The notes beneath the pieces were generated by a model. That model had not been told where the DNA came from. It did no database searches and saw nothing but the letters and a program-made list of their open reading frames with translations. Both the position numbers and the translations under genes were made by a program. A stretch of DNA of 64,000 nucleotides from an uncultured cyanobacterium (GTDB lineage Bacteria > Cyanobacteriota > Cyanobacteriia > Cyanobacteriales > Nostocaceae): contig CAVUDP010000002.1 in the NCBI GenBank assembly GCA_963740315.1, forward strand, positions 2,784,001 to 2,848,000, given 5' to 3'. Of this stretch, positions 46,741 through 57,852 are shown piece after piece; the first letter of the stretch is position 1, and each line of letters begins with the position of its first letter.

Positions 46741-49295
46741 TTACAAACCATTCCCAATTAAAATAAATGGTGCCCAATAGTAGGGATGTTCGAGTTTCTT
46801 ATCAGTAATATTTGGTTTTTCGTTGTTATTGCCTTCAACAAAAAGACCACCACGTTTTCCACCAACAGCCGAATAATCATCAGTAATCAAAGCTATTTGT
46901 GCTTGTCGTAAGGCTTCAGCTTTGGTAATTTTTCCCTGTTTCAAAGCATTATAAAAACCATTCATCAATACTTGTGTTCCGTCGTCAGATACTTTCCATA
47001 AAGAAGCAATAGTCGCTCTGACTCCACGACTTTGAAATTGATATCCTAAACCTAATATTTCTTCACCATTACCGAATTTACCACCGATTCCGGTTTGGCA
47101 GGCACTTAATACAACTAAATCAACGTTATTTAACGTCCAATTACCAATTTCTTTGAGGTTCGCTATTTCTCCGTTACCGAAAAGAATAAATGATTTTGAA
47201 GCGTCTCCCGGTACAAAAGCAGCATGAGTAGCAAGGTGAACGATATTATATTCGTTCATTTTTACAGTGGTATCTTCTTTATTAAATTCTTTATCAATTA
47301 ACTTGGTAGTTTTTGGAAGTAATTTTGTCAGATTTTCGACTTCTTTACCAGCATAGGGCAATCCTTGGAAGCGATAATTGTCTCCTATAACTTGAATATT
47401 ATAGTTACCTTCAACAAATGCACCAGCTAAAACTCGTGGTTGTGGTTGAGGTTTCGCGGTAAAATCGGTGAGAGATTTAGCAGTGATATTATTAATATTT
47501 AAACGTTGGACTAACCATTGTTCTCCGTCGTGGAGTGCGGATAAAAGTATGTAGCGGAGTTGTGCGTCGGGAGCATAAATAATAGTTTTGGCTTGAGATT
47601 GTTTTAAGTCGTTTTCTAAAGGTTTAATTAGCCAGTTATAAAGTTTTTTCGCCGGTGTTTTGGCATCACTGCCGGGATTTTGTAAAGCTTGACGGAATTC
47701 TGTAATTACCTGATTGAGTTCGCTACGTTTTACATTGACGGTGCGACGAAGAGGAGGGGAATCTGGAGTAGTAATTATTAATTCCAAACGGTCTTCTAAT
47801 ATTAAAGGATATAGCATCACCGCATTTAAACGGCGTAAATCATCACGTAATGAATCCAAATCAGATAAATCAACCGCCATTTTTTGCGCTTGACGACTGA
47901 GTTTATCTAACTGTGCAACAACGTCTTCTCGTTCGCTAAATTCGTTAAATTGTTGGTTGAGATTTGCTTGTAATTTGACGAGTTCAGCAATGCGTTGTTT
48001 TTGTGATTGTGTGCGGGTGTTTTCTGGTATTTTGCGTAGTTTCGTGAGTTCTTGTCCGAGCGCGATCGCACTTGTTTGTAGTTGGTTGTATTTCTTGAGA
48101 ATAACTAGTTTTTGATTGCTTCCGCGCACCTGAGTTAAATAATCGTTTAATTCTTGGATTTTTAATAAATCTAATACTTGTTGCGCTTCGAGTATTCTGT
48201 CTTGTTCGATTAGTAAGTTGGCAAGATTGCGATAGGTGTCAGCAACAGTTTTTGTGTAGGATTCTTGTTGTTGTTTGGGGAGCGATCGTAGTTGTTTGCG
48301 GATTTGTTCGCGGATGTTGACAGATTGTTTGTAGAATACTATTGCTAGTTTCGGTTGTTTTTGGGTTTCTAGGAGATAAGCAATATTGTTTAGAGAGTAC
48401 CTTCCATCGGCTTATTACCAACTTGTTTGTCAATAGCTAAAGCTTGTTGGTAGTAATCTAATGCTTTGGTATATTCTCCCAAGTTTTGGTAAACTGAACC
48501 AATATTGCTGAGAGTAGTAGCTTCCCCCGATTTATCGCCAACTTGTTTATCAATAGCTAAAGCTTGTTGTAAATAATCTAATGCTTTGGGGTATTCTCCC
48601 AAATAGAAGTAAACATTCCCAATATTGCTGAGAATAGTAGCTTCCCCTGTTTTATAGCCAACTTGTTTTATAATAGCTAAAGCTTGTTGGTAGTAATCCA
48701 ATGCTTGGGGGTATTCTCCCAATTTTTGGTAAACTAAACCAATATTGTTAAGAGTAGTACCTTCTGCTGCTTTATCGCCAATTTGTTTTCTAATAGCTAA
48801 AGATTGTTGTTGATAATCCAACGCTTTGGGGTATTCTCCCAAATTGCGGTAAACTACGCCAATATTGCTAAGAGTAGTACCTTCTGCTGCTTTATCGCCA
48901 ATTTGTTTTCTAATAGCTAAAGATTGTTGTTGATAATCCAACGCTTTGGGGTATTCTCCCAAATTGCGGTAAACTACGCCAATATTGCTAAGAGTAGTAC
49001 CTTCTGCTGCTTTATCGCCAATTTGTCTGTCAATAACTAAAGCTTGCTCAAAATTATTTAATGCTTCTCGATATTCACCTCTATCCAACTGCTGCAAACC
49101 TAATTTATTCAACCGTAACGCTTCATCTCTACGCTGTTTCTTCCCTTCTACCTGCGCTATCTTCACTTCTTCACTAACAACGGATTTGGCAACGGATGGG
49201 TTGTTGGTAACGGATGAGTTATTTGTAACTACAGCTTCTACGGGTGAGGAAACTAAAAACACGGTTGCAGCAAGCAATTTGAGACTGTAGCGCAT
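46741..49295 (-). pseudogene. TPR plus CHAT (caspase-like) domain protein split by a 1-nt frameshift near 48396
   Basis: 48390..49295 has a signal peptide and TPRs. A second frame continues NNIAYLLETQKQPKLAIVFYKQS into 46741..48129 with HLATHA, VVLSACQTG, SLWKVSD, HPYYWAPF. Confidence 0.85.
48734..49026. repeat. Exact 120-bp tandem duplication within the TPR coding region
   Basis: 48781-48900 is identical to 48901-49020. Confidence 0.9.
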
Positions 49296-49540
49296 GATTC
49301 AATTCTCTAGTTGATTTTACTAACAATTTTTTATATATCTGAGTAAGTAGAGGGTATGCAATATTTTTTGCAGTACACCAGATAATTTATCAGTATTTTT
49401 ATGGTTTGAAGTAAGAAATGTTTGTTGTTGTTGCGGTTTGTGGTGATATGATGTCCGCTACAATCGTTATTGCGTAAGGTGTGAATAGATTTTTGAGTCC
49501 TATAAATAGGACTTTCGCTATTAGACTGGGGTTTGCAACC

Positions 49541-49888
49541 CTAGTCGGGTTTATAGTATTCTTCGTTGCTTCCTAAATTATCAGCCCATTCGCGTACAAC
49601 ACTATGTGGAACCCCAGAACCTTTACGACGGTATTCTTCGAGGACTAATTTACTTTGCTCGATCGTTTCGGCTTCGGTAAGAGGTTGAAAATTTAGTGCT
49701 GAGTCTACCTCACCGTATTCAAAGGATTCTTTTACAGCTTGAGTGGGTTGATTTATAAGTAATTGCTCAAAATCTTCTAAATTCTCAGATGAACTCGTTA
49801 ACCATGTTTTAAGGATAGTTTTGACTTCTTCTGGTGGCAATGGTTCAAGATGCTCTAATATTTGCTGCTTAATATTGCTTGCTGTCAT
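49541..49888 (-). CDS. Hypothetical protein, antitoxin-like C-terminus
   Basis: 115-aa ORF ending GVPHSVVREWADNLGS. Confidence 0.6.
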   Translation of the reverse strand: MTASNIKQQILEHLEPLPPEEVKTILKTWLTSSSENLEDFEQLLINQPTQAVKESFEYGEVDSALNFQPLTEAETIEQSKLVLEEYRRKGSGVPHSVVREWADNLGSNEEYYKPD

Positions 49889-50359
49889 AATTTTTAAATT
49901 TTGTAGTAGCTTTATGTATATAAATCAATAGTAAAGCATCATGTAGAGGCTGCTGTCGGAAAACTTTCAGGTCGTAAATGGAAAAAGGTCGGTTTTTGAA
50001 GGTCGCAATTGATGATTGGTTGCGCTCTCAAGGTAGTCGTTCTACTTTACTTCAACAAGCGGGTGCTTTTGCTGATGATGCTTCGCTCAGAGAATTGAGA
50101 GAAAGTATCTATCAAGATAGGGGACGTTCGGAAGTTGAAGAGTAATAAATTACTATAGCGCGTTATTTTTATCATAAATAGTGATTGGTGCGTGACGCTC
50201 GTAAAAACATTTATTACCACGTTCAAATTTGTTCGTAGCGTCACACACCCTACAAGAAAATTGTCCCTATTACCAATTACCAATTACCAAAAATAAAACC
50301 CGGCTTCCCCAAAAACAAGAAACCGGGTTTTCCGCAGATTTTATAATTGTAATTCCCGC

Positions 50360-51529
50360 TCAATTACCTTTAGTCTCTAATAATTCAGCGATCGCTTGAC
50401 GCTCTGCGGGGTTATGAGCAGGTGGTGTTTGACGAGCATCGGTAATCAACCAATCTAAAGAAGCTGCTTGAACGTCAATTGATGCTCCAGTTTTATCTAC
50501 GCAGTAACGACCAAAGACTAGTTTATCAACTAACCATACTCCCGGTCCAAGACGAGAATATTCAAAGATGACGCTGTTTTCTACGGTAGCACCACTACAA
50601 ACGCAGCAAGAAGGACCAATGTAAACTGGACCAACAATTTTAGCTCCATCTTCTATTTTGGTCATTGCACCAATGTAAACTGGACCAGTAATATCTACTT
50701 TGTCCCAATTTACGGAAACATTTAAACCAGTGTAAATTCCTTCTCGTACTTGATTGCCGGGAATTTGTACATTTTTGATTTGCCCTGAAAGTACGCCGCG
50801 AATTGCTCGCCAATAATCGGGTACTTTACCGATATCTACCCATTCAAAATCCATTGCTTTGGCGTAGAATGGCGCATTCATTTCTACAAGCTTGGGGAAT
50901 AAGTCGCCACCGATGTCATATTCGACATCACTTGGAATGTGTTCAAATATCTCTGGTTCAAAAATATAAATACCCGTGCTGATATTTGTACTTTTAGCTT
51001 CTTCTACAGTAGGTTTTTCTTGGAATTCCTCAATCCGACCATCATCATCTGTAACAACAATACCGTAGCTAGAAACTTCTTCTCTCGGTACGTTTTTAGT
51101 GATAATGGTGGCAATAGAACCCTTTTCTCTATGCCATTTCACGGCTGCTGTTAAATCCAGGTCAATTAAAGCATCACCGCATAATACAATAAAAGTATCG
51201 TCGAAAAATGTATTAAAATCCTGAATTTTTCTCATTCCACCAGCAGAACCGATGGCTTTTCCGACTAATTTACCGTTATCGTCAATACTACCTTCAAAAG
51301 AGTAACCAATTTCTACACCAAACCTTTGACCGTCGCGAAAATAGCTTTCGATTTCCTCAGCTAAATGACTAACATTGACCATAATTTGATCGAAGCCATG
51401 CTGACGCAAAAGCTCAAGTAAAAATTCCATCACTGGCTTTTGCAGGATGGGAATCATCGGTTTAGGAGTTGTGTAGGTAATTGGACGAACGCGAGTACCT
51501 TTACCCGCAGCTAGAATCATTGCTTTCAT
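50360..51529 (-). CDS. cugP: Cyanobacterial UTP-glucose-1-phosphate uridylyltransferase (NDP-sugar synthase family)
   Basis: MKAMILAAGKGTRVRPIT..PKPMIPILQKPVMEFL; C-terminal hexapeptide repeats. Confidence 0.8.
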   Translation of the reverse strand: MKAMILAAGKGTRVRPITYTTPKPMIPILQKPVMEFLLELLRQHGFDQIMVNVSHLAEEIESYFRDGQRFGVEIGYSFEGSIDDNGKLVGKAIGSAGGMRKIQDFNTFFDDTFIVLCGDALIDLDLTAAVKWHREKGSIATIITKNVPREEVSSYGIVVTDDDGRIEEFQEKPTVEEAKSTNISTGIYIFEPEIFEHIPSDVEYDIGGDLFPKLVEMNAPFYAKAMDFEWVDIGKVPDYWRAIRGVLSGQIKNVQIPGNQVREGIYTGLNVSVNWDKVDITGPVYIGAMTKIEDGAKIVGPVYIGPSCCVCSGATVENSVIFEYSRLGPGVWLVDKLVFGRYCVDKTGASIDVQAASLDWLITDARQTPPAHNPAERQAIAELLETKGN

Positions 51530-51786
51530 AAAGATTTATTCCTCAACCACAAGCCAGTTTACGTTGATTAAGCGATACTTCATCATCTGTTTAATTTTGT
51601 ATGAAGTCATCCCCAAAAGCACGGATAATGCATTAAGGCATGATTTATATAACTACCGATTGGCAGATTAAATGATATAGAATTGCCAATATTTAAATTT
51701 ACTCACATTTCGCTTTTGAGGGAGACGGAACTTAAGCAGAAAGCATCTTTGTTTTCCGCGATCGAGAAAAGATAGTTCTAATAAAA

Positions 51787-52614
51787 TTAACTTGCTGCTT
51801 GAGACATGGGGTTATTAGTGGATTCTGCAAGCAAGCGGATTTTTACTTCCTGATAAAATTCCTCTTGATACAACTCTACCTTTGATTGAGCCGAAAGCAG
51901 TAGCAGCGCCCAGAATACACTCACTGTATGAGCATTTTCACCCTCGCAATGGCTTTTGGCTAAATCGGATACAGACTTAGTTTGCGACCACCATTCTACT
52001 AACTGTTCTAAATTCATCCAGCTTTGCCCCAAATGCAGTTCCTCCGCTTTGGTTTGCAAAACTTGTTCCAACTCTCCAGCTACTTCCGTAAGATTTTCTT
52101 GATGTGCTAATTCTAATGCTGCCTTTAGAGTTCTAACACTAGGTTCGCGTTTTTTCGCCAGAGGCTTACTGGTTCTTTCCACCAGTTGCAGCTGATTCGC
52201 CATTACCTGCAACTGATCGATTAACTCTTGCAAGCTGACGCGACGCGCAGGTGGAGGCATTGCAGAACGCCGTCGCCGCAACTGTTTCTCCAAAGGCAGT
52301 CTAGCCACACGCTCATTTAAGCCATCTTCACCATCAAGCAGTTCATCTTCTGCATAAGCATCTATTTCATCTTCTGCCGATTGCAGTTCCATCAAAGTAT
52401 TGGCTTTAAATAAAACCAACATGGAAGCCGACAAAAATGCTTGTCCCGATTGAGATAAATCCGTCTCATACCCCTTCCTCCTTTTCTCAGGTGCCATGAG
52501 TTCTATATAACGATCTATCACCTCAACTACCTGCACATCCCAAGGGTCAATTTCCCCTCGTTCGGCTTGATAAATAAGTTGGGTAATTGTTTCTAAAAGC
52601 TGAGTGGCATCCAT
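51787..52614 (-). CDS. scpA: Segregation and condensation protein A
   Basis: GEIDPWDVQVVEVID, SGQAFLSASMLVLFKA, FWALLLLSAQSKVEL. Confidence 0.9.
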   Translation of the reverse strand: MDATQLLETITQLIYQAERGEIDPWDVQVVEVIDRYIELMAPEKRRKGYETDLSQSGQAFLSASMLVLFKANTLMELQSAEDEIDAYAEDELLDGEDGLNERVARLPLEKQLRRRRSAMPPPARRVSLQELIDQLQVMANQLQLVERTSKPLAKKREPSVRTLKAALELAHQENLTEVAGELEQVLQTKAEELHLGQSWMNLEQLVEWWSQTKSVSDLAKSHCEGENAHTVSVFWALLLLSAQSKVELYQEEFYQEVKIRLLAESTNNPMSQAAS

Positions 52615-52849
52615 CGACAAATACTAAAATTTTGCGAAAGGGCAGAATTGGACATTGGGAATAGTTAGGAGTTGGGAGTTAGGAGTACTTCGACAAGCTC
52701 AGTAACCTTTAGGAGTTAGGAATTAGGAGTTAGGAATTAGGAGTTAGGAATTAGGAGTTAGGAGTTAGGAATTAGGAGTTAGGAGTTATAGAATTTTAGA
52801 TTTTAGATTAGGTATTACGAGTTAATTTCCCCATCCCCCCATCCCCCCC

Positions 52850-53121
52850 GCTCGCCGCACGCTCCGCGTGTTCAGCGCGGCACGACTCGTTAGAGTAACG
52901 GGTTGCGCCACTTCTCTCAACGGTCGTGTTCCTCCGCACGTTTTGGGCTTACCATCTCCCCATCCCCCCATCTCCCCATCCCCCCGCTCGCCGCACGCTC
53001 CGCGTGTTCAGCGCGGCACGACTCGTTAGAGTAACGGGTTGCGCCACTTCTCTCAACGGTCGTGTTCCTCCGCACGTTTTGGGCTTACCATCTCCCCATC
53101 CCCCCATCTCCCCATCCCCCC
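52850..53121. repeat. 136-bp tandem duplication of a GC-rich mosaic of small dispersed repeats embedded in STRR tracts
   Basis: GCTCGCCGCACGCTCCGCGTG...GGGCTTACC at 52850 and 52986. Confidence 0.9.
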
Positions 53122-53202
53122 AAAGGTTACTGAGCAGTTCGACGTAGCTCACTGTAAGACTTGTCGAAGTACTCCCCCGAACCCCATCTCCCCATCTCCC
53201 CA

Positions 53203-53556
53203 TCAAGCGTTTTGCACTTCTTGCGTGAATGAATCATTAGCTTGTAGTAGTAATGGTTTTAAGGATTGAATTTCCGCTTGGTACTCTTCAATCTTGCATT
53301 CTAATTCTTCAATACGAGCATTTTTTTGACGAACCTTTGGACTTGACCATAATAATCTTTCTAAGTGAGTCCAAACGCTAAATAACCAAGCCAAAAGTAC
53401 ACCATTACCTAATGCTATAAGCAACTCAACTGAAATTGGTGCTTGTACTTCCATACCTGGAATTAGATGAATTGTTCCTAATTCCGTATTTTCGATGCTG
53501 AATAAAGCGAAAGCTAAACAAAAAATAAAAATTATCGCAAAATTTACTTGTCTCAT
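53203..53556 (-). CDS. LapA/DUF1049 family membrane protein
   Basis: Two TM segments (ALFSIEN motif) followed by a coiled coil. Confidence 0.8.
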   Translation of the reverse strand: MRQVNFAIIFIFCLAFALFSIENTELGTIHLIPGMEVQAPISVELLIALGNGVLLAWLFSVWTHLERLLWSSPKVRQKNARIEELECKIEEYQAEIQSLKPLLLQANDSFTQEVQNA

Positions 53557-54200
53557 TGGATATCCAGTTAAGTAATCAATTGTGCCTATTTTTACTCAAT
53601 ATTTGCGATCGTTACCCGCCACGAATGGAAAGTATTAGCTGTGCAACTTTGATAAAAAAGCATTTTTAGCAATACAGTTGTTACACATTTACAAGCAATA
53701 GAGTATAAGAATAAAATTCACCACGCCATTTGCTTCACTTGGGGAAACCTCAAGAGTGCAATGGCTCAAGAAAGTATATCACGATATTTTTATACCTTCC
53801 CATACTAAAAAAATAACATTTTAATTACGAACTTTAGACTGGATTAAGGTTAAAAAAACTACATCAATGTTAACTACATAACTTTTCTGCATTAGCATTC
53901 TTGTACCATGTATACTTCCTATTTGGTCAAACATATCCCTCTTTAGACTACTTATAATCAATTCCGATAACCAGTATTAAATACTACTAATTTTCAGATA
54001 ACGAACTTCCAAATTAAAAAATATCGAATTTAAAATCAAGATTGGTATACAGTACTTCTTATAAATTATTTTTTGGAAGTCCCCTAACCTAAAACTTTTG
54101 CAGTTCTGTTGGGAGACAAGGGGATAGGGAAATTAGGACTACCAGAGCAATAAATTCAAATCTATTAACTGGTAACTGGTAACTGGTAACTGGTAACTGT

Positions 54201-55268
54201 TCACTGTTCACTGTTCACTGTTATAGAATTTTCTTTTTTGAGTGCGTCAAAGGTGCCTTTGATAGTACCAGCGATGGGAATCGCGACTAAAGTTCCTAAT
54301 AATCCTGCAATCTCGAAGCCCATTAAAATAACAACAAAAATCCAGATGGGATTTAGTCCGGTGAAGTTTCCTAATAATTTTGGTGCTAACAGATTATCTT
54401 TAACTTGCTGCATCAAAATTGATAAGAATGCTACTTGAGTTGCTAACCACCAATCTTGTAGTAGCAGCAGTATGGTGACTAATCCAATACCTAAAGTCGC
54501 TCCAAGAAAGGGGATAAGTTGGGATATGCCGATGACTACAGCGAATAAAAAAGCAAACGGGATTCTAATAACTAAAAAAATTGGTGTCAGACTTGCCACC
54601 ATGAACAGTGCCAGTAAAAATTGGCTGAGAAAAAAGTAGTGGAAATTCAGCAGTAATGATTTATTCAAAGGAACTCGGATTTTTTCAGGCAAGAGATTTA
54701 GCAACCCATACCAGACGCGATCGCCATATAAAAGCATATAAAAGGCTAGCACTACAACTAAAACGGTATTGACTAACGTAGATACCAAAGTTCCCGCAAG
54801 CCCCACAGCACCAAGTGGTAATTCCTTGAGCAAGTTTTCAATACTGGCATTAGTTTGATTGGCTAATATCTTTAAGTTAATTAGCGGTAAGCGTCGTCTT
54901 TGAGCTATTGCTTCTAATTGATCTAGTTGGCTTTGAAAGCTGTTTAACCAATCGGGAATTTTATCGGTAAGCTGGATGGTTTGATTTATAACAAGCGGTA
55001 CGAGAGTAATACCAATAATAATCACAAGGGTTAAAGTCAGCAGCAAGACTAGAGCTACCGCCCATTCACGCGAAATACGAGCGCGTTCTAAAAATTTAAC
55101 CGGATAGTTGAGCAAAAAAGCGAGGATTGCTGCAATACTTAAAATGGTGAGTGGATGCCGAAAGTAATGAAAAAGTAAACTCAGCAGCCCAACGTTAAGG
55201 GCTATAATCGGGGCGCTCAAACCATATACTAATAAGTTTTTTAGGGAAGCCCAACGGCGCATCCGCAT
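54201..55268 (-). CDS. AI-2E family transporter
   Basis: AAILAFLLNYPV, IPFLGA, DNLLAPKLLG..GLNP. Confidence 0.9.
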   Translation of the reverse strand: MRMRRWASLKNLLVYGLSAPIIALNVGLLSLLFHYFRHPLTILSIAAILAFLLNYPVKFLERARISREWAVALVLLLTLTLVIIIGITLVPLVINQTIQLTDKIPDWLNSFQSQLDQLEAIAQRRRLPLINLKILANQTNASIENLLKELPLGAVGLAGTLVSTLVNTVLVVVLAFYMLLYGDRVWYGLLNLLPEKIRVPLNKSLLLNFHYFFLSQFLLALFMVASLTPIFLVIRIPFAFLFAVVIGISQLIPFLGATLGIGLVTILLLLQDWWLATQVAFLSILMQQVKDNLLAPKLLGNFTGLNPIWIFVVILMGFEIAGLLGTLVAIPIAGTIKGTFDALKKENSITVNSEQ

Positions 55269-55319
55269 AAATTTTCTTTATTTCTATTATTTATATAATT
55301 TCTCAATCAAACAATTGTA

Positions 55320-55961
55320 ATGGATAAAACTATAGCTGACCTTCGTCAAGATTATACTTTGCAGGGCTTAAGCGAAACCAAAGTTAATTCTAATCCTTTT
55401 GTACAATTTAAGGAATGGTTTGACCAAGCGTTGAGTGCTGATATTTTAGAACCAAATGCCATGACGGTGGCAACTACTACACCAGAGGGTAAACCATCAG
55501 CGAGAATGGTGCTGTTGAAAGATTTTGACGATCGCGGTTTTGTCTTTTATACCAACTACAACAGTCAAAAAGCACAAGAATTAGCGGAAAATCCCCAGGC
55601 TGCTTTGGTGTTTTGGTGGGCAGAATTGCAACGTCAAATTAGGATTAGCGGGCACGTGGAAAAAGTTGCCGATACCGAATCAGATAACTATTTTTACAGT
55701 CGTCCTTTTAACAGTCGTTTGGGTGCTTGGGCATCAAATCAAAGTGAAGTAATCGAAAATCGAGAAGTGCTTGAAAAACACTTAGAAGAATTAAAAGAAA
55801 AATATCAAGATCGAGAAGTACCCCGCCCTTCTCATTGGGGTGGAATTCGAGTTATACCAGCAGAAATTGAATTTTGGCAAGGGCGATCGAGCCGTCTTCA
55901 CGACCGTTTGATTTATACAAGAAATTATGATAGTTGGAAGATTGAGCGTTTGTCTCCTTAG
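55320..55961 (+). CDS. pdxH: Pyridoxamine 5'-phosphate oxidase
   Basis: EPNAMTVAT, PSARMVLLK, EFWQGRSSRLHDR, ERLSP. Confidence 0.97.
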   Translation: MDKTIADLRQDYTLQGLSETKVNSNPFVQFKEWFDQALSADILEPNAMTVATTTPEGKPSARMVLLKDFDDRGFVFYTNYNSQKAQELAENPQAALVFWWAELQRQIRISGHVEKVADTESDNYFYSRPFNSRLGAWASNQSEVIENREVLEKHLEELKEKYQDREVPRPSHWGGIRVIPAEIEFWQGRSSRLHDRLIYTRNYDSWKIERLSP

Positions 55962-56327
55962 AAAAGTTCGTAGTAAGGACTTTAGTCCTTGGGTTTAGGA
56001 GTAAAGCATTAATTCGGTGGTTGAAACCGCTGCGACACAAGCGAAACCTATTTGTGTGGCTTAGTAATTTGCTTTCATCATCGCCTTGGAATCAATTGAT
56101 GCGGCTAATACACAAAGTCTACTTAAGTAGACTGAAAATCTTTCGGAATCGTCAAAAGAGCCACTTTCGCTATTAGCCTCTTAATTGTATTCCCTGAAGA
56201 ATATTAAGAATGGTGCAAGCGATAGAAATAAATATATCAAAGCTTTAAATTCCAGATATTTGTAGCAATAGAAACAATTGTTATACTTATCGCTTAATAG
56301 GCTTTTACTTTTAAAAAATTTTATTAC

Positions 56328-57260
56328 ATGAGTGAAGATACGATAGGCACGATTTTATTAGCAATTAATTTAATCGCTTTTGGTTATTTTTATATAGGTG
56401 GTTTTATAAAAATATCTGGAGAAAATTCAACTAAGCTCAACGTCACCTTTCGACCAAAGTTGAGTTTTTTTCTAGCAATGTTTACAATTAATTTTTTCTT
56501 TTTATTCTTATTAGGTGCTTTTAGTTTCGACCCAATTCACAAAATTACTTGCGAGCATCCTATACAAAATACTTTAAATACCAGCTTTGATTCTAATACA
56601 AAACAAAATTATATTCCAACAAACTGTAAAATCACGGGTATTGATTGGTTTAAGCATGAAAAGAATCCAAAGCTAATTTCAAACCTAGTTGAAGCAAAAG
56701 TAGAACAGAGAATTAAAATTGACGAGTACAAAAGAGAAAGTGTAAGCTATCGAATATTTTTACTAACTCAGAGTGAAAATATTCCTTTCGCAAGCTACGA
56801 ATATCTAGATTATAGAATAGATGACATAAGATTATTAGCATTATCGATTAATAATTTTTTAGTTAATCGCAAAGAAAAAGAATTAATACGTATTATAAAC
56901 GATAGATTTTTGGGCTATATAGTTTTTGGAATCAGTATATTCTTTGGATTAATAATTCTATTACTGACATTTACAGGCTTATTTATTAACTTTACCTTTG
57001 ATAAAGAAACAAATATTGTAACTGTAAGTAGCTACAGATGCTTCGGAATCTTTGGAAAAAAAGTTTATCAATATTCTTTTGATGAAATTATAGATATTAA
57101 ATATAACCGTATAGAATTAGATGAATCCGGATATGGCTATCAAGTATTTCTAGTAGTACCAGACGGTGAAATCAAATTGAATCCTATCGGAATGATTTCA
57201 GGATATATAGATGGTTATTATGTTGTAATGACTATAAAGAAATTTTTGGGACGACGGTAA
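56328..57260 (+). CDS. Hypothetical membrane protein, AT-rich
   Basis: 310-aa ORF with three hydrophobic segments. Confidence 0.7.
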   Translation: MSEDTIGTILLAINLIAFGYFYIGGFIKISGENSTKLNVTFRPKLSFFLAMFTINFFFLFLLGAFSFDPIHKITCEHPIQNTLNTSFDSNTKQNYIPTNCKITGIDWFKHEKNPKLISNLVEAKVEQRIKIDEYKRESVSYRIFLLTQSENIPFASYEYLDYRIDDIRLLALSINNFLVNRKEKELIRIINDRFLGYIVFGISIFFGLIILLLTFTGLFINFTFDKETNIVTVSSYRCFGIFGKKVYQYSFDEIIDIKYNRIELDESGYGYQVFLVVPDGEIKLNPIGMISGYIDGYYVVMTIKKFLGRR

Positions 57261-57437
57261 TAAAAATCAATAATAAATCATAACCCGCGCACCATCCGGG
57301 TTTTCCCTGTGTAGCCGTGGTTTCAACCGCCAGGTAATTAATTCCCCACCCAAAATTAATTCCCTACCTAAAACCCACCCCCAAAACAAAGGACACGACA
57401 AACGCCGCGCCCTTAAAAATATCTGAGATCATAATTA

Positions 57438-57794
57438 TTACTTACTTTCTTCCTCATCATCCCAAGGAGGAATTTCACCTGTTGCTCTCGGTGAAAGATC
57501 GAATTTTTCTAACTCAGAAGGTATTTCTGCGGTAATTGTTGGAGGTTTAGATTTATCATCCTGTTGGGAATCATCGTCATCATCCCACGGTGGTATTCCT
57601 CCCACAATTTTCGGACGAGTAGAAATTTCGGTTGTAATTACCGTTATACGAGGCTTGCTTTCTGAAGTAATTTCATCGCAGCTTTGGTTTTCTACTTTAA
57701 TATCGGGTTCGCAAGGTTTATTTTCTTCTCCTTGAGGTTTGTTACTTAAAGTTTTAATTTTGATTGGGAATTTTTTGGTTTTTTTCTTCGACAT
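57438..57794 (-). CDS. Small hypothetical protein with a repeated IPPWDD motif
   Basis: 118 aa; AGGA upstream of the ATG; GGIPPWDDDDD and GEIPPWDDEEE. Confidence 0.65.
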   Translation of the reverse strand: MSKKKTKKFPIKIKTLSNKPQGEENKPCEPDIKVENQSCDEITSESKPRITVITTEISTRPKIVGGIPPWDDDDDSQQDDKSKPPTITAEIPSELEKFDLSPRATGEIPPWDDEEESK

Positions 57795-57852
57795 TGCGAT
57801 TCGTTCCTATATTTAATTAAATTAAGAATTAGAACAAAAATTAAATTAAAAA

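Noticed and set aside
49995..50145. Plus-strand fragment ...LLQQAGAFADDASLRELRESIYQDRGRSEVEE* resembling an antitoxin C-terminus
   Set aside because: No clear start codon and too short to assign a family by eye.
51710..51750. Glutamine riboswitch-like GGGAGACGGAA
   Set aside because: The flanking CGTT/GAAGGAACG elements are missing, and it lies on the strand opposite the adjacent genes.
52926..53269. Short ORFs across the duplicated mosaic
   Set aside because: Derived from STRR and dispersed repeats.
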